This document shows, piece by piece, positions 1-13,295 of a stretch of 64,000 bases of DNA. The translations under genes were made by a program, and so were the position numbers. The DNA is taken from contig OX597815.1 in NCBI GenBank assembly GCA_951406725.2, positions 173,290,001-173,354,000 of the forward strand, in the 5' to 3' direction. Source of the stretch: Octopus vulgaris. Taxonomy: Eukaryota. Every line of letters starts with the position of its first letter. Position 1 is the stretch's first letter. A model generated the notes under the pieces. That model saw only the letters and a program-made list of their open reading frames with translations, made no database searches and had not been told where the DNA came from.

Positions 1-3000
1 CTTCAGGTTGATAGACAAGGTTAAAAAAGTAGAGTCACAATAAAGGGGTGGGTTTAGTATAAGCCAAGTTGGATAACATGCAGTTTAGTTTTATATCAAT
101 ATGTGGATTCGCATACATCAAACAAGTGTTTTTAGTTAAAGAAACAACTGTTTTGAATTTGTTAATCAAGAAAAGTATTTGATAGAGTCCCCTGCTCTGT
201 AGATAGGTGAGTACTGAGAAAATTAGATGTGGATAACTGAGTCATGAAAACAGTTCAAACTATGTATAAGGTTATTGTGTGCAATATTTGCATAGTTTCT
301 GTATACAATCTATTTAAACATACAACAGTGTTTCCCTTCAGGTAGATAATCTCCAACCTTCAGTTACTTTCAACATCTCAAATGTACTGGAAACAATCTC
401 AAGTAATAGTCTCATTTATCAAATCAAGCTACTTTTTCTTCTCAATAATCACCAATATGATTTTTGGAGTGCCAGGGCTACTAGATACTCAATATTCTGC
501 ACCACATATCAGTAGTTTCTTGCCTTTGAGAACTTTTTCAAAAGCAATGTTGTAAGCCTTCAACTGAGTCAAGCAAAGAACTTAGAAAGACTGTCTGTCT
601 ATGGTATTACCCTTGTCTCATTATATGAAATGAAAGTTCTCTGTCAGCTCATTCCATTGCATTTTTTGTTGATGAACTCCATTCAAGTCCCAATTTATCA
701 ACTTGAGTATGTCTCAGGGTTCACTTATTTCTGCAATACTCTTCTTTTTCTACATTGATAGTAGTTGTGAGTTCACTGTGCTCCTAAATACACACACACA
801 CACACAGAGGCTTATGAAGATGGTATCAAACCTTTCATAAACTGGTGTAATTCACATGCAACTGAGACAAGCTCACTGATGTACTAATTCTTTTAAAGTA
901 TCTTTCATGAAGAACAAGACAACTTGAATCTTTATAATCTCTATGAATGATAAATTTATGCAAACTACATATTAGTAAAATAGTAAAACTGTTCTCTGAA
1001 AGCAAAAGTTTCTCTACAAGTACCAAAACCACTTTAGATCTGAATAGATGGTGGCCCTTTCTAAGGCACAAAATATATCCTGCAGAATATTGCTTTGCTC
1101 ACAAATATGGAACAGTACCATTTTTGTAAAATCACATATAAAAAAAGTGTGGTAGGGTAATCAAGGAGTCTTTATCTATCTATATGCTACAAGTTTTATA
1201 CATCTACGGCTATTCCTGCTTCTCAGATCTTACAAATTATGCAGTTGTATTGCAAAAGTGTTGAATTTAATCATTGCCAAAGCTCATGTACATATGGTGC
1301 TCACACTAAAGTAGTCATTTTATCAGTTGATTCCCAATAAGACAACAATATTAATTTATTTAAAAAAAAAATACCACTACATTCTAGCTAATTTAGATGA
1401 TATATGCTTTGCAATATTTATGCATATTTTCCTCACAATACAACTATAAAATTTTATTTGGCCCTTGCTGCTGCACATATATATTTTACGAATGTCTTTC
1501 ACGCCAGAATGTACAGGTGGATATGAATGTTTGGATATTTATGTGTTTTTTCATTATGCTTGTCATATTTTTTAAATTAGTATTTTTATAAACCTTTTCA
1601 AAATGAATTAATACCTCTATTATTGTCTAATAGCTAAATAATAATAAAAAAATCCAGAAGAATATGGTTACTTGTATAGTTATATAGTACAGTATGGTTA
1701 AGTCTAAATAAAAATGTGACTAGAATTTTTATTTCTAAATTATCAGAAGCTTAGAAATTATAAAATAATACATTTTTGAATATAAAATATTTAATATTCA
1801 TAACAGCTTTTACATATTGGTTTAAGCAAGCAAACAAGAATAGATAAATGCACAAATTGATTATTTCATGTATAAATAGTTCTATTAGATGCAAGTTCTT
1901 TTATATTAATAGATATAATTATAATTTTAGTGAATAAAGGGACAGCAAATTGGATTATTACAAAATTATCACTGTAGAAAAGATTAGTGAAATGAGCATA
2001 TTTAGAATAAGCTTTAAGGTATCAGAAAACCAGAAGAGTTCCTCATAGATTCACTAAAACAAAATAGCTTAAGAATATGACAAATCTCTGTAACAGAATA
2101 GGGATAGTAATAGCTGCAGGAGAAACAGGAGAAAAAAAAATAATAAAGAAAAGAAGTTATAAACAGGGTAGATGAATGTGATGTTAATATTGTAGAAAGA
2201 GGAGGAAATAAAGAAAAAAGAGCACGTTGCATGAGTCATCAAAGTCAGGTTCAAAACAATTTAACTATTTATTTTTTACTTTGAATTTTTCTGTTTTTCA
2301 ATCAATCTCTCATGGTTTACCTAATTCCTTTTTGATCAATACTTTTGACTGTCTTATTGCGCTTTCTCTAACCCACTTTCTATCTCTTCCTTTTAATCTT
2401 CCTCTCTTCATCCTTCTATCTCATTTAGTGCCTATTAATTTTATTCTTCCTTCCTCTATATTTATCAACTTACTCCTCACTTGACTTTTATTGCTCTCCC
2501 CACTTCTCTTTGTTGTTTCTTATCTTTATTCTAACCCCTTCGGTAAATATGTGTTCATCTTTGTGATATTCCACTGTTAAGATAGCCACCTGATGATCAT
2601 AGTTATTGATTTACCATTAAATAAAAACGGCACCAACAGACAGTATTGAATAATTTCAGGCTTCAAACAATGTTACATTAATTACTGTCCAGAGAACTAT
2701 CAGGCTAACAGATAAAAAATAGCAAAAATACAATATAGTCATCAACATTTTGATGCTTTTTTTCATGCTAGCAGACAGTATGCTACAAACTGTCTCAGTC
2801 TTTTGTAATCTCTTCAAGGACCAGTTTCCTGAGATCTGACATCACCAATACTGATAACATACTCCGATTTCATAAGCATTTTTTCACCCAATAATAGTTG
2901 TCCATTTGAATCACATATTCACACTAGAATAACAGTCTTCTTTGTACATTTGGGCCGAAACTATTAATACTGAACCATTCTGTCATTTCACTTGTTTTTT

Positions 3001-4211
3001 GTCTACCTTTCATGTACATTAGCAATAAACATCCAATAGAGAATGCTGACCCTATTTTTCTCTAGACACCACATATCTTCTGTATTCAATGCCATATCTC
3101 ACAGCGATGTTGCAATACATTTCTTAAACATGCTTTAGAGTCTGCTTTTAGCATGAAGAGAAATATTTTGATACTATCAGTCAATAGTTTGCTGAACTAG
3201 TTCACTTCTTATCTCAACTACAATGCATTCACTACATCCACTCCAATACCAATAATTAGATCAACTAAACAACAGAATCTAGCAACTACATCTTAGAAGT
3301 CTAAATAATTAAAGATTTCATTTTATTCTAACTGTTAACTTCTGTGCATCTATTATGCCTGAAACCTTAATTCTTAATCAGTCTGAAAGAGATTTTACTG
3401 AACATTTGTTTTTTTCAGATGCATTGCTGGTATTGAGTATAAATATATATAAAATTTTGAGTTCCTATATATGCCTTCCTTGTTATTGAACATGGACAGC
3501 TCCCAAGTGCAATGGAATTTCCTACATACCATTTGGTTCTTATTAATTTCATAATCTTTTAGCAAATACCCAGATGTACACACATATACCTTTACTTATT
3601 TTTCAAGTAAGCTTTTTTGTTTTCCTCCCATTCCACCAATTTTCATACATCTGCTGAACTACAGGAAAGTATGCTGTCACCATTTTTTACTAATGGTGCT
3701 AACGAAGACATGTTGTGCACACATGCCCTCTCTTTCTCTTTTGGAAACACATACATATAATGAGGCAGCCCCAGGCTATTCAGCACAGGTCGTCAACCCT
3801 ACAATGTGTATCACACTTTCCCAGTTCCAACCATTTCATGAATACAGCCTGGATACAGCAATAGCTTTTTTTTTTTTAACAATAGTTCAGTTGGAGATGG
3901 CTCAATTTTCTCTTACTTTTAAAATATTGTTCTAGAAGTGATCTAACCTACACTTTATGTTACCAAGTTTGTATATTTTTATTAGGATTAAGAAATTTTC
4001 TCTAAGTTTTCTCCAGATTCTCAAATTTATGTGGCATCTCCAAATTTTAGCACTCAAATCCCTTTATTTGCCAAGTGCATAGCACCAGTCTTGTATAAAA
4101 TGTGTGTGTATGAATTTTTTCCTTTCACAAACTTTGAGAGATATGAACAAAATTGCTTTAATGGTGAAACTTGAAATAGATAAAACCATACATAATAGCA
4201 TGTGTAATATT

Positions 4212-4424
4212 CTTTTCTACTCTAAGCATAAGGCCCCAAATTTTTTGGGAGGGGGCCAGACGATTACATCGACCCCAGTATGCAACTGGTACATAATTTA
4301 GTGACCCCCGAAAGAGTGAAAAGCAAAGTCAACCTCAGCGGAATTTGAACTCAGAACATAATTACAGATGAAATACTGCTAAGCATTTCTCCCAGTGTGC
4401 TGATGTTTCTGCCAGCTCACTGCC
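4212..4424 (-). mobile_element. SINE family A (~215 bp), full length with TSD
   Basis: Reverse complement of the 53565-53783 element (GAGTTCAAATTCC B-box-like motif, central GACTTTGC..TTCGGGG..GTACCAG block). 18-bp TSD aatagcatgt(g/a)taatatt at 4194-4211 and 4425-4442. Confidence 0.88.
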
Positions 4425-6103
4425 AATAGCATGTATAATATTGGGTTAAAAAATCCCTTGGATGGTAGCACATCTGTCATAACCACAGAAGATGTGGGTT
4501 TGTGTACCACAGACAGCCTTCAACTTTTTTTCTATCCATGGGTTTTCAAACTCAATATTCTATATGGCATAATAATGGCTTTATGGACCTCCACCATTAA
4601 AATGATTTCATACACACACACACACAATGGGTCTCTTCATATATTCTGTCTACCAATTTTCTTCTCAAGGTATTAGTTAGTCTAGAGCTAAAGCAGGAGA
4701 CATTGCACAGTGGGAGTGAACCCAAATTTGTGTGGTTGCAAAGCAAACATCTTAATCACATAGTCATGCATGTATTCATTAACCGTTTGATAACAGTTAT
4801 GTAATTATGGTATTACTGTTGCCATTCAACCTGTATTCAGTCAGACATTTGTTCAAATTGAACAAGTCTATGATAGCATTCTAGTATTGACCATTTAGCC
4901 TCTCTTTTCTTTCTTTTCTTTTTTTTGCAAGTATAATGTAACTAGTTATATGTTATCTTTTCTCTTTTTGTTTTCTATTTTTAAAGACAATTTGATGGAA
5001 GTTAGACTGCTCTCTCTCATAAGTCGAGTGACCATTTAGAGGTTTCATTGTTAGCTCATAGTAGTTTTTACTGATGTTAATTAAAATTGAATGAAGAAAA
5101 ATCTCATCTTAATGCATCTGCTAATGCCCAAGAGAAAAGCATGAGCTTTATACAATTTCATCTTCCACTTCCTTTTAGTGAAACATTTTTTCTTTTCATA
5201 TTACTTCTATAACTAGCTACTTGAATAAACTCACAGGTTGCCAGCAGATAATGAAATATTGTCATTATATTTATACTGATGCACACATATCTCTTCTAGA
5301 TCCATTGTTAGACGTGGGGTAGAACAGGTGAAAAAGAGAAGAATATTTATTCTCAGCAGCCATTTGCAATTATTATCACCGGAAGTCATAAGAAGTAATT
5401 CTGATCAATCCAATAGATGGATGGGGAGAAATTTTTAAACAGGAAATGAAATGGACTGATTAGAAAGGAACTTAATGATATAATTATGTAGTCTCAAAGT
5501 GGTCATTATATGCAGGAACAACATACCCCTGAAACTTGGAGGAGCAGGAATGCTTCATCATTGCCATAACAACTGTAGCAGTCATTAATAACAATAGCAT
5601 GATGACCATTATAGTAATCATCTTGTCTTTAATATTGCTTATTCCACTGAAGGTATTTATAAATAAATCCAAATAAATACCTGACCTACTTATGTTTCTT
5701 TGAAGTAATTCATGAAATATTAAATTCTCTGAGAAGCATACCTAACAATAGATGCTCTATTCACAACTGGGAGTTTAAAGGTGTGGTAATAACTTAGTGG
5801 TCAAGTATAAATTTGGATTATAAAAAACAGTTTCACAGAATGAAACACTGGATTTGATATTACCAAAAATAATTCACACATCTTTTAAGCCTTCTGGTGT
5901 CTATATAATAATTACAAGTCATATACTGGGTTAAACAGTCACAGAGTAGATATTTTATTGAGTTCATTAAATACAAGGCTGCCAAGGATCTAATTAATTG
6001 TTCTTAGGCTAGGAACATAGTCAATCAGAATGAATTACAAGGACAACTCTGACAGTCTCACACATTTCCACATTTTGTATCAATGGTTAATCTTCCTTCT
6101 TAG

Positions 6104-6391
6104 AAAAAAAAAAAAAAAAAAAAAAACCCTCTCCAACCCTGATTAGTAGTTCAAGTATGATCCACATAAGTGTATTGCTCACATATCTGAGACAGTGCTG
6201 CTGTAACACACAGATATTTAGACTACATCCCAAAGAAGTCCACCTGTTTGACAAAGACTCATATACCAACATGCAACAGCTTCACACTTTTATTGCTATC
6301 TCAGATATGTGAGCAATACTCTCATGTGGATCATACTTGAACTTTGTAGGGAGCCAGCAATTAATCAGGGTTGAAGTTTTTTTTTTTTTTT
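6104..6391. repeat. Fold-back element: 45-bp inverted arms plus outer 12-bp IR plus poly(A)/poly(T)
   Basis: 6148-6192 vs 6299-6343 (2 mismatches); caaccctgatta 6134-6145 vs taatcagggttg 6362-6373; A-run left, T-run right. Confidence 0.88.
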
Positions 6392-7673
6392 ACATAATGC
6401 CATCATTTCTTCTTTCTGTCTCTACTTCAATTGCTACAATGATTTCAACTTCTCTGAATTAGTATGCTACTTATCACCTCCATTTAAACTCATTTAATGA
6501 GTCCAGTTTTTTTCTTTTTGGAACTTCTATCATGTTTTACCCACCAAAATAAACACATTTCTCAATTATGCCTTTCTATAGCTGCTACCCCTTGGAATTT
6601 GCTCATGCTCATGGTTTTCTCACATAAGTTCAAAGTGAACATCAGTTGCACTGGTCATAACATTTTGCAAGGCAGAGGGCCTCGAAAAGTTTATGGGTGC
6701 TTTCTCTTCTCATTTGACTAATTAAGAATACGAAAAAAAAAACATCAATAATGATCACACCAACACAACTATTGTTACTAATGCCAGGCTTCAGCTGTAT
6801 CAGCATTACCACTACTACATTTGGTTACTGATGCTATCATTAGCATAGCTAGCTGCTACACTCAAAACGTATATATCAACCAAGTAATGTCTTTTTTTAT
6901 TCATTCCATAAATGAAAATTAGAGAATAACTAACTCTTTTGGGCACTTTCATTTAAAGGACCTTCCCCTATCCTCCCAGCTTTTTTGCTTTCAGAAATTG
7001 TTAGATACACAGAGCACCATAATGAAAGTACAGTAGTTACATCTAACATGAACAAAGCTTTCTATAAATTACCTTATAAACACTTTTCCCTATAGCATAA
7101 TGAATAGAGGATCAAAGTAAAATCTCAGCATGAAGAATTTATTTTTCCCAGGAAAGTTAAATATCTAAAACACATGGACATCAAATAAAAAAAAAAAACT
7201 TCTGAAAGTCATATTAAAATATCATAAAGGCTATCAACACACATATTCAAAGAAAGTGCTTAAATTCAATTTGATGACTTTATCAATGGGTATAGAAACA
7301 AACTGCTAAAACAAATGATCAAAAGGAATACTTAAACAAACATAATATACTGAAATGGTCTAATTAGTTTTAATATATTTTTGAGATAACTATCTTATTC
7401 TGAATATAATACAGAAAAAATGTTTTAATCATATAAATTCTATCAAAAATTTGCTTTATAGAAAAGACAAAACAAAATACATCAGACCATTATCTGTATA
7501 CCCCTGCTGTAAAATAGGAACAGGAAACTATATTTTAATTTTTGTTTAATATATTTGGAAAATGTAATTTTATTGTTGATAGCTGAAGATTGACAGCATG
7601 CATATTTTTTAAGGGTGTAAGTGAAACCAAGTATTTTCAAATTGAAAAAAGAAAAAAAAATCGTTATATTTAC

Positions 7674-7803
7674 CTAGCTCCACACTTTCTGAACTATCTG
7701 TACTGAGTCGTCTTTCTTCACCCTCTTCACGTAGGTAATACCTTCCTGCTTCAAGATTCTGTTCAACTACAGGACGCTTTAAATCTAGCTGATCTCTCAA
7801 TCT
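7674..7803 (-). CDS. Dys: Dystrophin-like coding exon, equivalent of human DMD exon 58
   Basis: Acceptor tttccccag|AGA after a 109-nt intron (7804-7912), donor TAG|gtaaat; 130 nt, phase 0 to 1. RLRDQLDLKRPVVEQNLEAGRYYLREEGEERRLSTDSSESVEL resembles DMD AFKRELKTKEPVIMSTLETVRIFL. Confidence 0.92.
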
Positions 7804-7912
7804 CTGGGGAAATTAATGAAATGTGAAGTAGGTAAGAAATGATGCTGAAAATAATATATTAACAGAAAATGTTTGCTGTAGTCAGAAGTTATGAATGACT
7901 ATAAATATTTAC

Positions 7913-8069
7913 CTGATTTTCTTCATTTTGCTGTTGAACCAATTGCAAATCTCCTCCAACAGGTTGTTGGGAGATGAGCATTCTTTGCTGTTGAGTGATC
8001 CAACTAGTAAGGTCTTGTAGTTGAAGTAACAAGTGTGTCCATTGTTCTGCATTACTCTCCAAACGCCCT
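7913..8069 (-). CDS. Dys: Dystrophin-like coding exon, equivalent of human DMD exon 57
   Basis: Acceptor ttctgttttag|A, donor CAG|gtaaat; 157 nt, phase 2 to 0. (R)GRLESNAEQWTHLLLQLQDLTSWITQQQRMLISQQPVGGDLQLVQQQNEENQ resembles DMD SHLEASSDQWKRLHLSLQELLVWL...APIGGDFPAVQKQNDVHR. In frame with the previous exon. Confidence 0.95.
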
Positions 8070-8550
8070 CTAAAACAGAAAATAATTGGCATCAGACAGA
8101 TACGATAATAGTATTGTTTTAGCTAATACTAAAATTAGAATGAATTTAAGAAAACCTCAAGAACCAGGAAAACAAAGAATATAGATCATAAATATATTAA
8201 AAATATAATAAATGTAACATTTGTTAAATTTTTAAATATGACAAAAACCTGATGACTAAATGAAACTTTAAATTTACTTTCTACTCTGTTTTCTGACAGA
8301 ACACTTAAATGCAATCAGTTTCTTTGTTTGGCATATGATAATTTTGACAATGTATATCTTAGTAAATACTCTTTAAGTTATTTCATCTCAAGCACTAATC
8401 TGACCAAAATTGAAAAAAAACACAACAAAAAAAACAAACAAAAAAGTGTCCATTTCATGATATTGTTTTCACTTGGTTGTCATTTAATTTCTAGTTTTAA
8501 AAAAATTCTATAAATTTAGCTAAATATTTTCTTTCTATTCTATAAGTAGT

Positions 8551-8749
8551 TTAACTCTTTTCTTACTATATTCTGTTGAAATACACTATTATTGTTTCAA
8601 TTAATTTTGAAAGTAATAAAGAATTTTAGTAAAATAAATTATTATTAATTTAGTGTTTGGATCATAAATTAATATGAAATTTCGATGGAAGATCTTAAGG
8701 TTATGATAAAACAAGGACAGTTTCAGGCAGGCTTGTATCAAAAAGGGTA
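8551..8749. mobile_element. Second TTAA-type MITE family, decayed; related copy at ~58023-58210
   Basis: ttaactcttttc...tatcaaaagggtaa termini; shared core tttcaattaattttg.aa.taat.aagaa with 58070-58100. Confidence 0.55.
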
Positions 8750-8969
8750 AAAAGGAATATTAGCAGTAAATTCATCTTGTAAATAATTAATGTTAAACAA
8801 CCTAAAAGCTGGTGTTTAAAAGTGTATTAGGTATGTTTAACTTATAAAAGTAATTAAAAACTTCTGTGCCTATTCTTTAGACTTATCACAGAACTTTTCA
8901 CTAAATCCTTCAACTGATTTTCAATTTACAAGATTCATGTGGATATTATTGTTGCTGTCTTCATTGTTG

Positions 8970-9370
8970 TTTTAATGCCTAATTTTCTATGCTTGCATGG
9001 CTCAAACAAGATTTTCTATGGGTGAATGATGTTCTTGGTGCCATCTTGTACCTGTTTCCAAGCAAAGTAATATTTTCCCAAGGCTAGACATATTTTCATG
9101 AAAGATTGCAAACAAACAACACTGCTTGTATGATAGTGACGTTTGCTTACAATTAGCATGTGACATCAAGAGAAGGAGACAGAAGTACATATGTGCAAGC
9201 AAATACATACATACATACAAATAACTTCTTTTCAGTTTCCCACATTGTAATTCATTTACAAGGATTTTGTTAGTCAGGGCTATAGTAGATGTTCAAAGTG
9301 CTGTGAAGGGAAACTAAATCCAAAAGTACATGACTGAAGCAAACTTCTTAAGCATACAGCCACGCCTGCA
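8970..9370 (-). mobile_element. Older copy of the head-B/RTE-tail SINE
   Basis: Same motif order as 52975-53350 (tgcttgcatgg...acctgtttccaagcaa...tgcttgtatgatag...ttcagttt...gctatagtaga...cagccacgcctgca). Confidence 0.7.
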
Positions 9371-9584
9371 TCTACATATCATTAATTATTGAATTACCAC
9401 CACATTTTTGCTACAAATATATATACTCAAGAAATTTACTACATCAAAATCAATGTCTGGTGTATTTTAGATCTTTTTATCCAGATCTAGTATACAATTT
9501 AGCTAACATCATTAAAGAACAAAAACAAACTAACATTTGCTTGCAGTCATTTGGCTATCATTCATGATTATACTTGTAATGTAC

Positions 9585-9587
<3 letters not shown>

Positions 9588-9652
<65 letters not shown>

Positions 9653-9658
9653 AAGAGA
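9588..9658. repeat. (GA)n microsatellite
   Basis: Directly visible. Confidence 0.97.
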
Positions 9659-10919
9659 TGTTAAATTGTAAGCCAAAGTGAAACTAAAACGAGAAAATTC
9701 TCCAAGGTAAATTTGGATTTTGTGTTCAAAAGCCGAGGCAAATTTTTGAAAACCTGAAGTATTAAGGTAAAGGGGTCAACAGGTATTGTTACTTTTCCTC
9801 TATTTTTTTTACAAGGAAATAACTGCTACATGTTAAGTTTCCAGTTAAAATTCTCACAAAAGAAAAAAAGAAAAATCTAAATCAATATATACTGAAGAAT
9901 TCTGTTATTATTTCCCAAAGATAAAACAGCTGCCATACATTTTGTTATTACAAAAGAAAGCTGTGATCTTATGTTAGCATTAGCCTTAGGAATAAAACAA
10001 CCATAGAAATGAAAATTGTACACTTTGGGAGAATATGGTAGTAATTTTGGGTTTTTTCAAAATTCATTTCTAAAAAAATGTAGAGCCAGACAATTAGGAA
10101 GTTTTTAATAGCAAGAAGAAAAAAAATGAAAGAAAAAGAAAAGAAAACAAAATAAAATAACAAAACACTTGGTTTAATATGTTTTTGTGAAACCTTTATG
10201 AATAAAACTGTGTGATAAGAGACAGGTCAATAATCAATATTAATATTTTCACACATCAATTGACCAGATAAGGTTATTTTGATGTTAATTTCTCAAGCTT
10301 TTCTGAAAAACATCAATATCTATTTTTCTTTTATTAACTATTTTGTTTTAGTGACAATATTCTGAGTTCAAACGGCTTTACCCAGCTTCTGAGTAATACA
10401 TTACACCTCATTATGTCAATCTGAAATATTTCTGTTGCTACCACTCATAATTAAAAAAAAATCTTTTTTCCAATTTAGTCAATAAGGGAAGGGCTGTCAG
10501 TGATCATGAACTTTGTGGGAATTCCTGGATAAGAATTCAGGGTTGGCTAATTAATGGTAGGAAAGCTATCCAGTTGCAGAAGTACATCTTCAAATTAACA
10601 TGTCAATATCCAATTGAGAAAGCTATACTGGCATAGGGTAGATGAATATAAAATAAATAGAAATTTTCTCTCAAGGAGAGTATATGAAAAAAAAAAAAAA
10701 AATAAGACTTGTGCCTCTCAAAAGACCTACATAGTAAACTTCATTCACTACATTTAACAAATAAGCAAACAAGAAATAATAAAAATCAAAGCCTTGGAAA
10801 GATCAGTTTGTAGAAATAAGCAGCATGACTGTTATTCCTAGCAAGTAGAGTAACCACCCAGAGACACCCTGTTGACTTGACTTTCATAAATATTTTCCAA
10901 GGAAATTGTTTATACTGTG

Positions 10920-12075
10920 TAGCGGCATGTGTTGGGTGGTTTGACTGGGCTGGCATGCTGGAAGGCTGCACTAGGCTCCAGTCTGATTTGACATGGTTTT
11001 CTACAGCTGGATGCCCTTCCTAATGCCAAACACTCTGAGAGTGTCAGAGATGCTTTTACATGCCACTAGCATGGGTGCCATTTGTTTGACACCGGTAACT
11101 GCCACAACTGTGATTTTGCTCGGCTTGATGGCTCTTCTTCCCAAGCACAACATAATGCCACAAGGCCCAACACTCGAAAGGAGCTTGGCCACTTTGCCTT
11201 CATGAAGCCCAGTGCTCGAAAGGAATGCAGCCACCTCACTTCTGTGAAGCCTGCTCAAGAGGAACTCAACTACCTCCCCTCCATGAGGCCCAACACTTGA
11301 AAGGAAAACAGCCACTGAGGCCCAATGCTTGAAAGGAACTCAACCACTTTGCCTCTGTGAGGCCCAACGTTCAAAGGTTTTTTTTTATGTGCCACCAGTA
11401 CAGGTGCACTTGGCTAGACAGGTCCCCTTAAGCAGAGCACATCACTAAAGGTCTTGGTCACTAGTCATTGCCTGTGTGAGGTTCAAAGTTTGAAGGTCAA
11501 GTTTCACCACCTTGTCCCATGTCTTCCTGGGTCAATCTCTACCACAGGTTCCCCCTACAGTTAAAGATTGGCATATTTTTACACAGCTGTCTTCATCCAT
11601 ACGCATCAGTTAAAGATTGGCATATTTTTACACAGCTGTCTTCATCCATATGCAGCACAGTCATCTCTCTTACACACCACATCTGATTCCTCTTATGCCT
11701 AAATTTTCTCTCAAGATGCTTACACTCTGTCGAACATGTACATTGACATTGCACATCCAGCGAAGCATACTGGCTTCATTTCTCTCAAGCCTATGCATGT
11801 CCTCAGCTGTTATACTCAGCATGTTTCACTGCCATGCAGCATAGCTGTTCGTACACAGGCATCAAACAATCTGCCTTTCACTCTGAGAGGAAGGCTCTTT
11901 GTTGCCAACAGGGGTAGGAGCTCTCTGAACTATTGCCCAGCCTAATCTTATTCTCACAGCTATGCTCTAGGAACAACCACCTCTACTACTAACTTGGTTA
12001 CCTAGATACCAGAAGCTATCTACTACCTCTAGCTTCTTTCCCCTCTGGCAGTTGATGGAGTCTATTTTCTGCACA
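10920..12075 (-). mobile_element. 5'-truncated, degenerate RTE-clade LINE (C-terminal RT region plus 3' UTR)
   Basis: Minus-strand peptide fragments EVVDSFWYLG, LLPLLATKSLPLRVKGRLFDACVRTAMLHGSET, EASMLRWMCNV...LRE.LGIRGI and PRKTWDKVVKLDL are typical of the RTE post-RT region; frameshifts and stops present. Confidence 0.82.
11160..11380. repeat. Minisatellite of ~42-nt units inside the RTE 3' UTR
   Basis: About six variants of (g)aggcccaacactcgaaaggaactcagccactttgcctccat, one truncated. Confidence 0.8.
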
Positions 12076-12866
12076 TAAACAAATCTTATCTCAACCCATC
12101 TAACGCAATGGGGTTTATTTTGAATTTAGAACTAGTATCATCACTATCTTTGTTTTCATGTCCTTATATCAGAATAATTCCTGTAGTTATTTTTCTTTGA
12201 TTATATTACATCATCTATAGCTGTGATACATATTTAATGGCCCTAGAAAATAGCTATGTAGGTGTCCCTGCAACCATCAATTAAACTTAATGCATTACAG
12301 TTTTAAGTTCAACCCTTACTTATAGTCAATAAAATAAGTACCAAATAAAATTTTGTAGCTATATGCTGATGTATAAATCATTACTATATTTTTTATTTTA
12401 TGAATTCAATATAGCATTAAGTACTTAGAATTATTGATTCAACATTATGAAAAATCTCAGGGCTATACCTGTACATCAGTTTTGTAAGAAATATATCGAA
12501 AGTGAAACAAAGAATGCATTAAGTCTGTCTGGAAGTTCTAAATGAGATCAATTAAAGAATACTGTAAGTATGTACAAAGTAAGGTTTTTGTCTTAGAAAG
12601 CTGGATGATAGAAAATATCCAATATTGATTTTATGTGAAATGTATACCAGCAATGCTACTTTATTTTTCGGTAGCACTCACTTCTCAGTCCTTGAACAAT
12701 CAAAGCCATTTTTCTTAAGCTACCTGTCTTTTATTTCTGATTTTGTTCCTGTAACCCTTGTTACTAACAGTCTTCACTTGTTAAAATGCTTATCAAATCT
12801 CTGTATAAAATAACTGTTTCAATAGCTACTCTGAATAAAAGGAATTTTTTTTGTATATGAAGAGAT

Positions 12867-12868
<2 letters not shown>

Positions 12869-12906
<38 letters not shown>
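12869..12906. repeat. (AT)n microsatellite
   Basis: Directly visible. Similar tracts at ~47937-47985, ~57514-57537 and 52590-52625; A-run at 22457-22485. Confidence 0.97.
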
Positions 12907-12909
<3 letters not shown>

Positions 12910-13125
12910 CTTAAAAGATTTATATCAAAGATAAAGACATGTCAGAATCTCTTTCTGTCAGATTTATTATAAAAAGTGCAAGGAAAGAGAAAAAAAGAAA
13001 AATTGGCAATGGTAGGATAGATGCAAATGTAATTATAAACACTGTATAAATAAGGTGCAGCTATTTTACTTGACTCTTCTGGTTTAAGCTATTATTTTTT
13101 TTGGAAGAGTTATACATTGGCATAC

Positions 13126-13295
13126 CTGATTTCCATTGAGGTGGTCATCAATGTGAGCCATCGCTGGTTCATCTCCTCCAGACGATGATGAAGCTGTGTA
13201 GTATCTTGTGCTACCATGGTTCTTGCAAGTTGATTACCAGCACTTGTTAATGATTCATAAGCATTTTGGTGAGAATCTACTTCTGCCTGAATTTC
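13126..13295 (-). CDS. Dys: Dystrophin-like coding exon, equivalent of human DMD exon 56 (spectrin-repeat rod)
   Basis: Acceptor ttttcatag|GAA, donor CAG|gtatgc; 170 nt, phase 0 to 2. Translates EIQAEVDSHQNAYESLTSAGNQLARTMVAQDTTQLHHRLEEMNQRWLTLMTTSMEI(R), resembling utrophin DIQAEIDAHND...LQHRLDDMNQRW and DMD DLQGEIEAH...RRLDNMNFKW...SLNIR. Confidence 0.93.

Noticed and set aside
1-760. Possible ancient LINE/Penelope RT remnant (also ~2580-3330, ~41480-41830, ~44330-44800, ~55360-55770)
   Set aside because: Texture suggests decayed retroelements, but no diagnostic motif could be read confidently without a profile search.
1-7673. Expected exon-59-like dystrophin exon
   Set aside because: No matching peptide or phase-1 exon found by eye; presumed to lie left of the window.
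11160-11380. Short repeats superficially like a CRISPR array
   Set aside because: Units are contiguous degenerate copies without unique spacers, inside a LINE 3' UTR in eukaryotic DNA; no cas genes.
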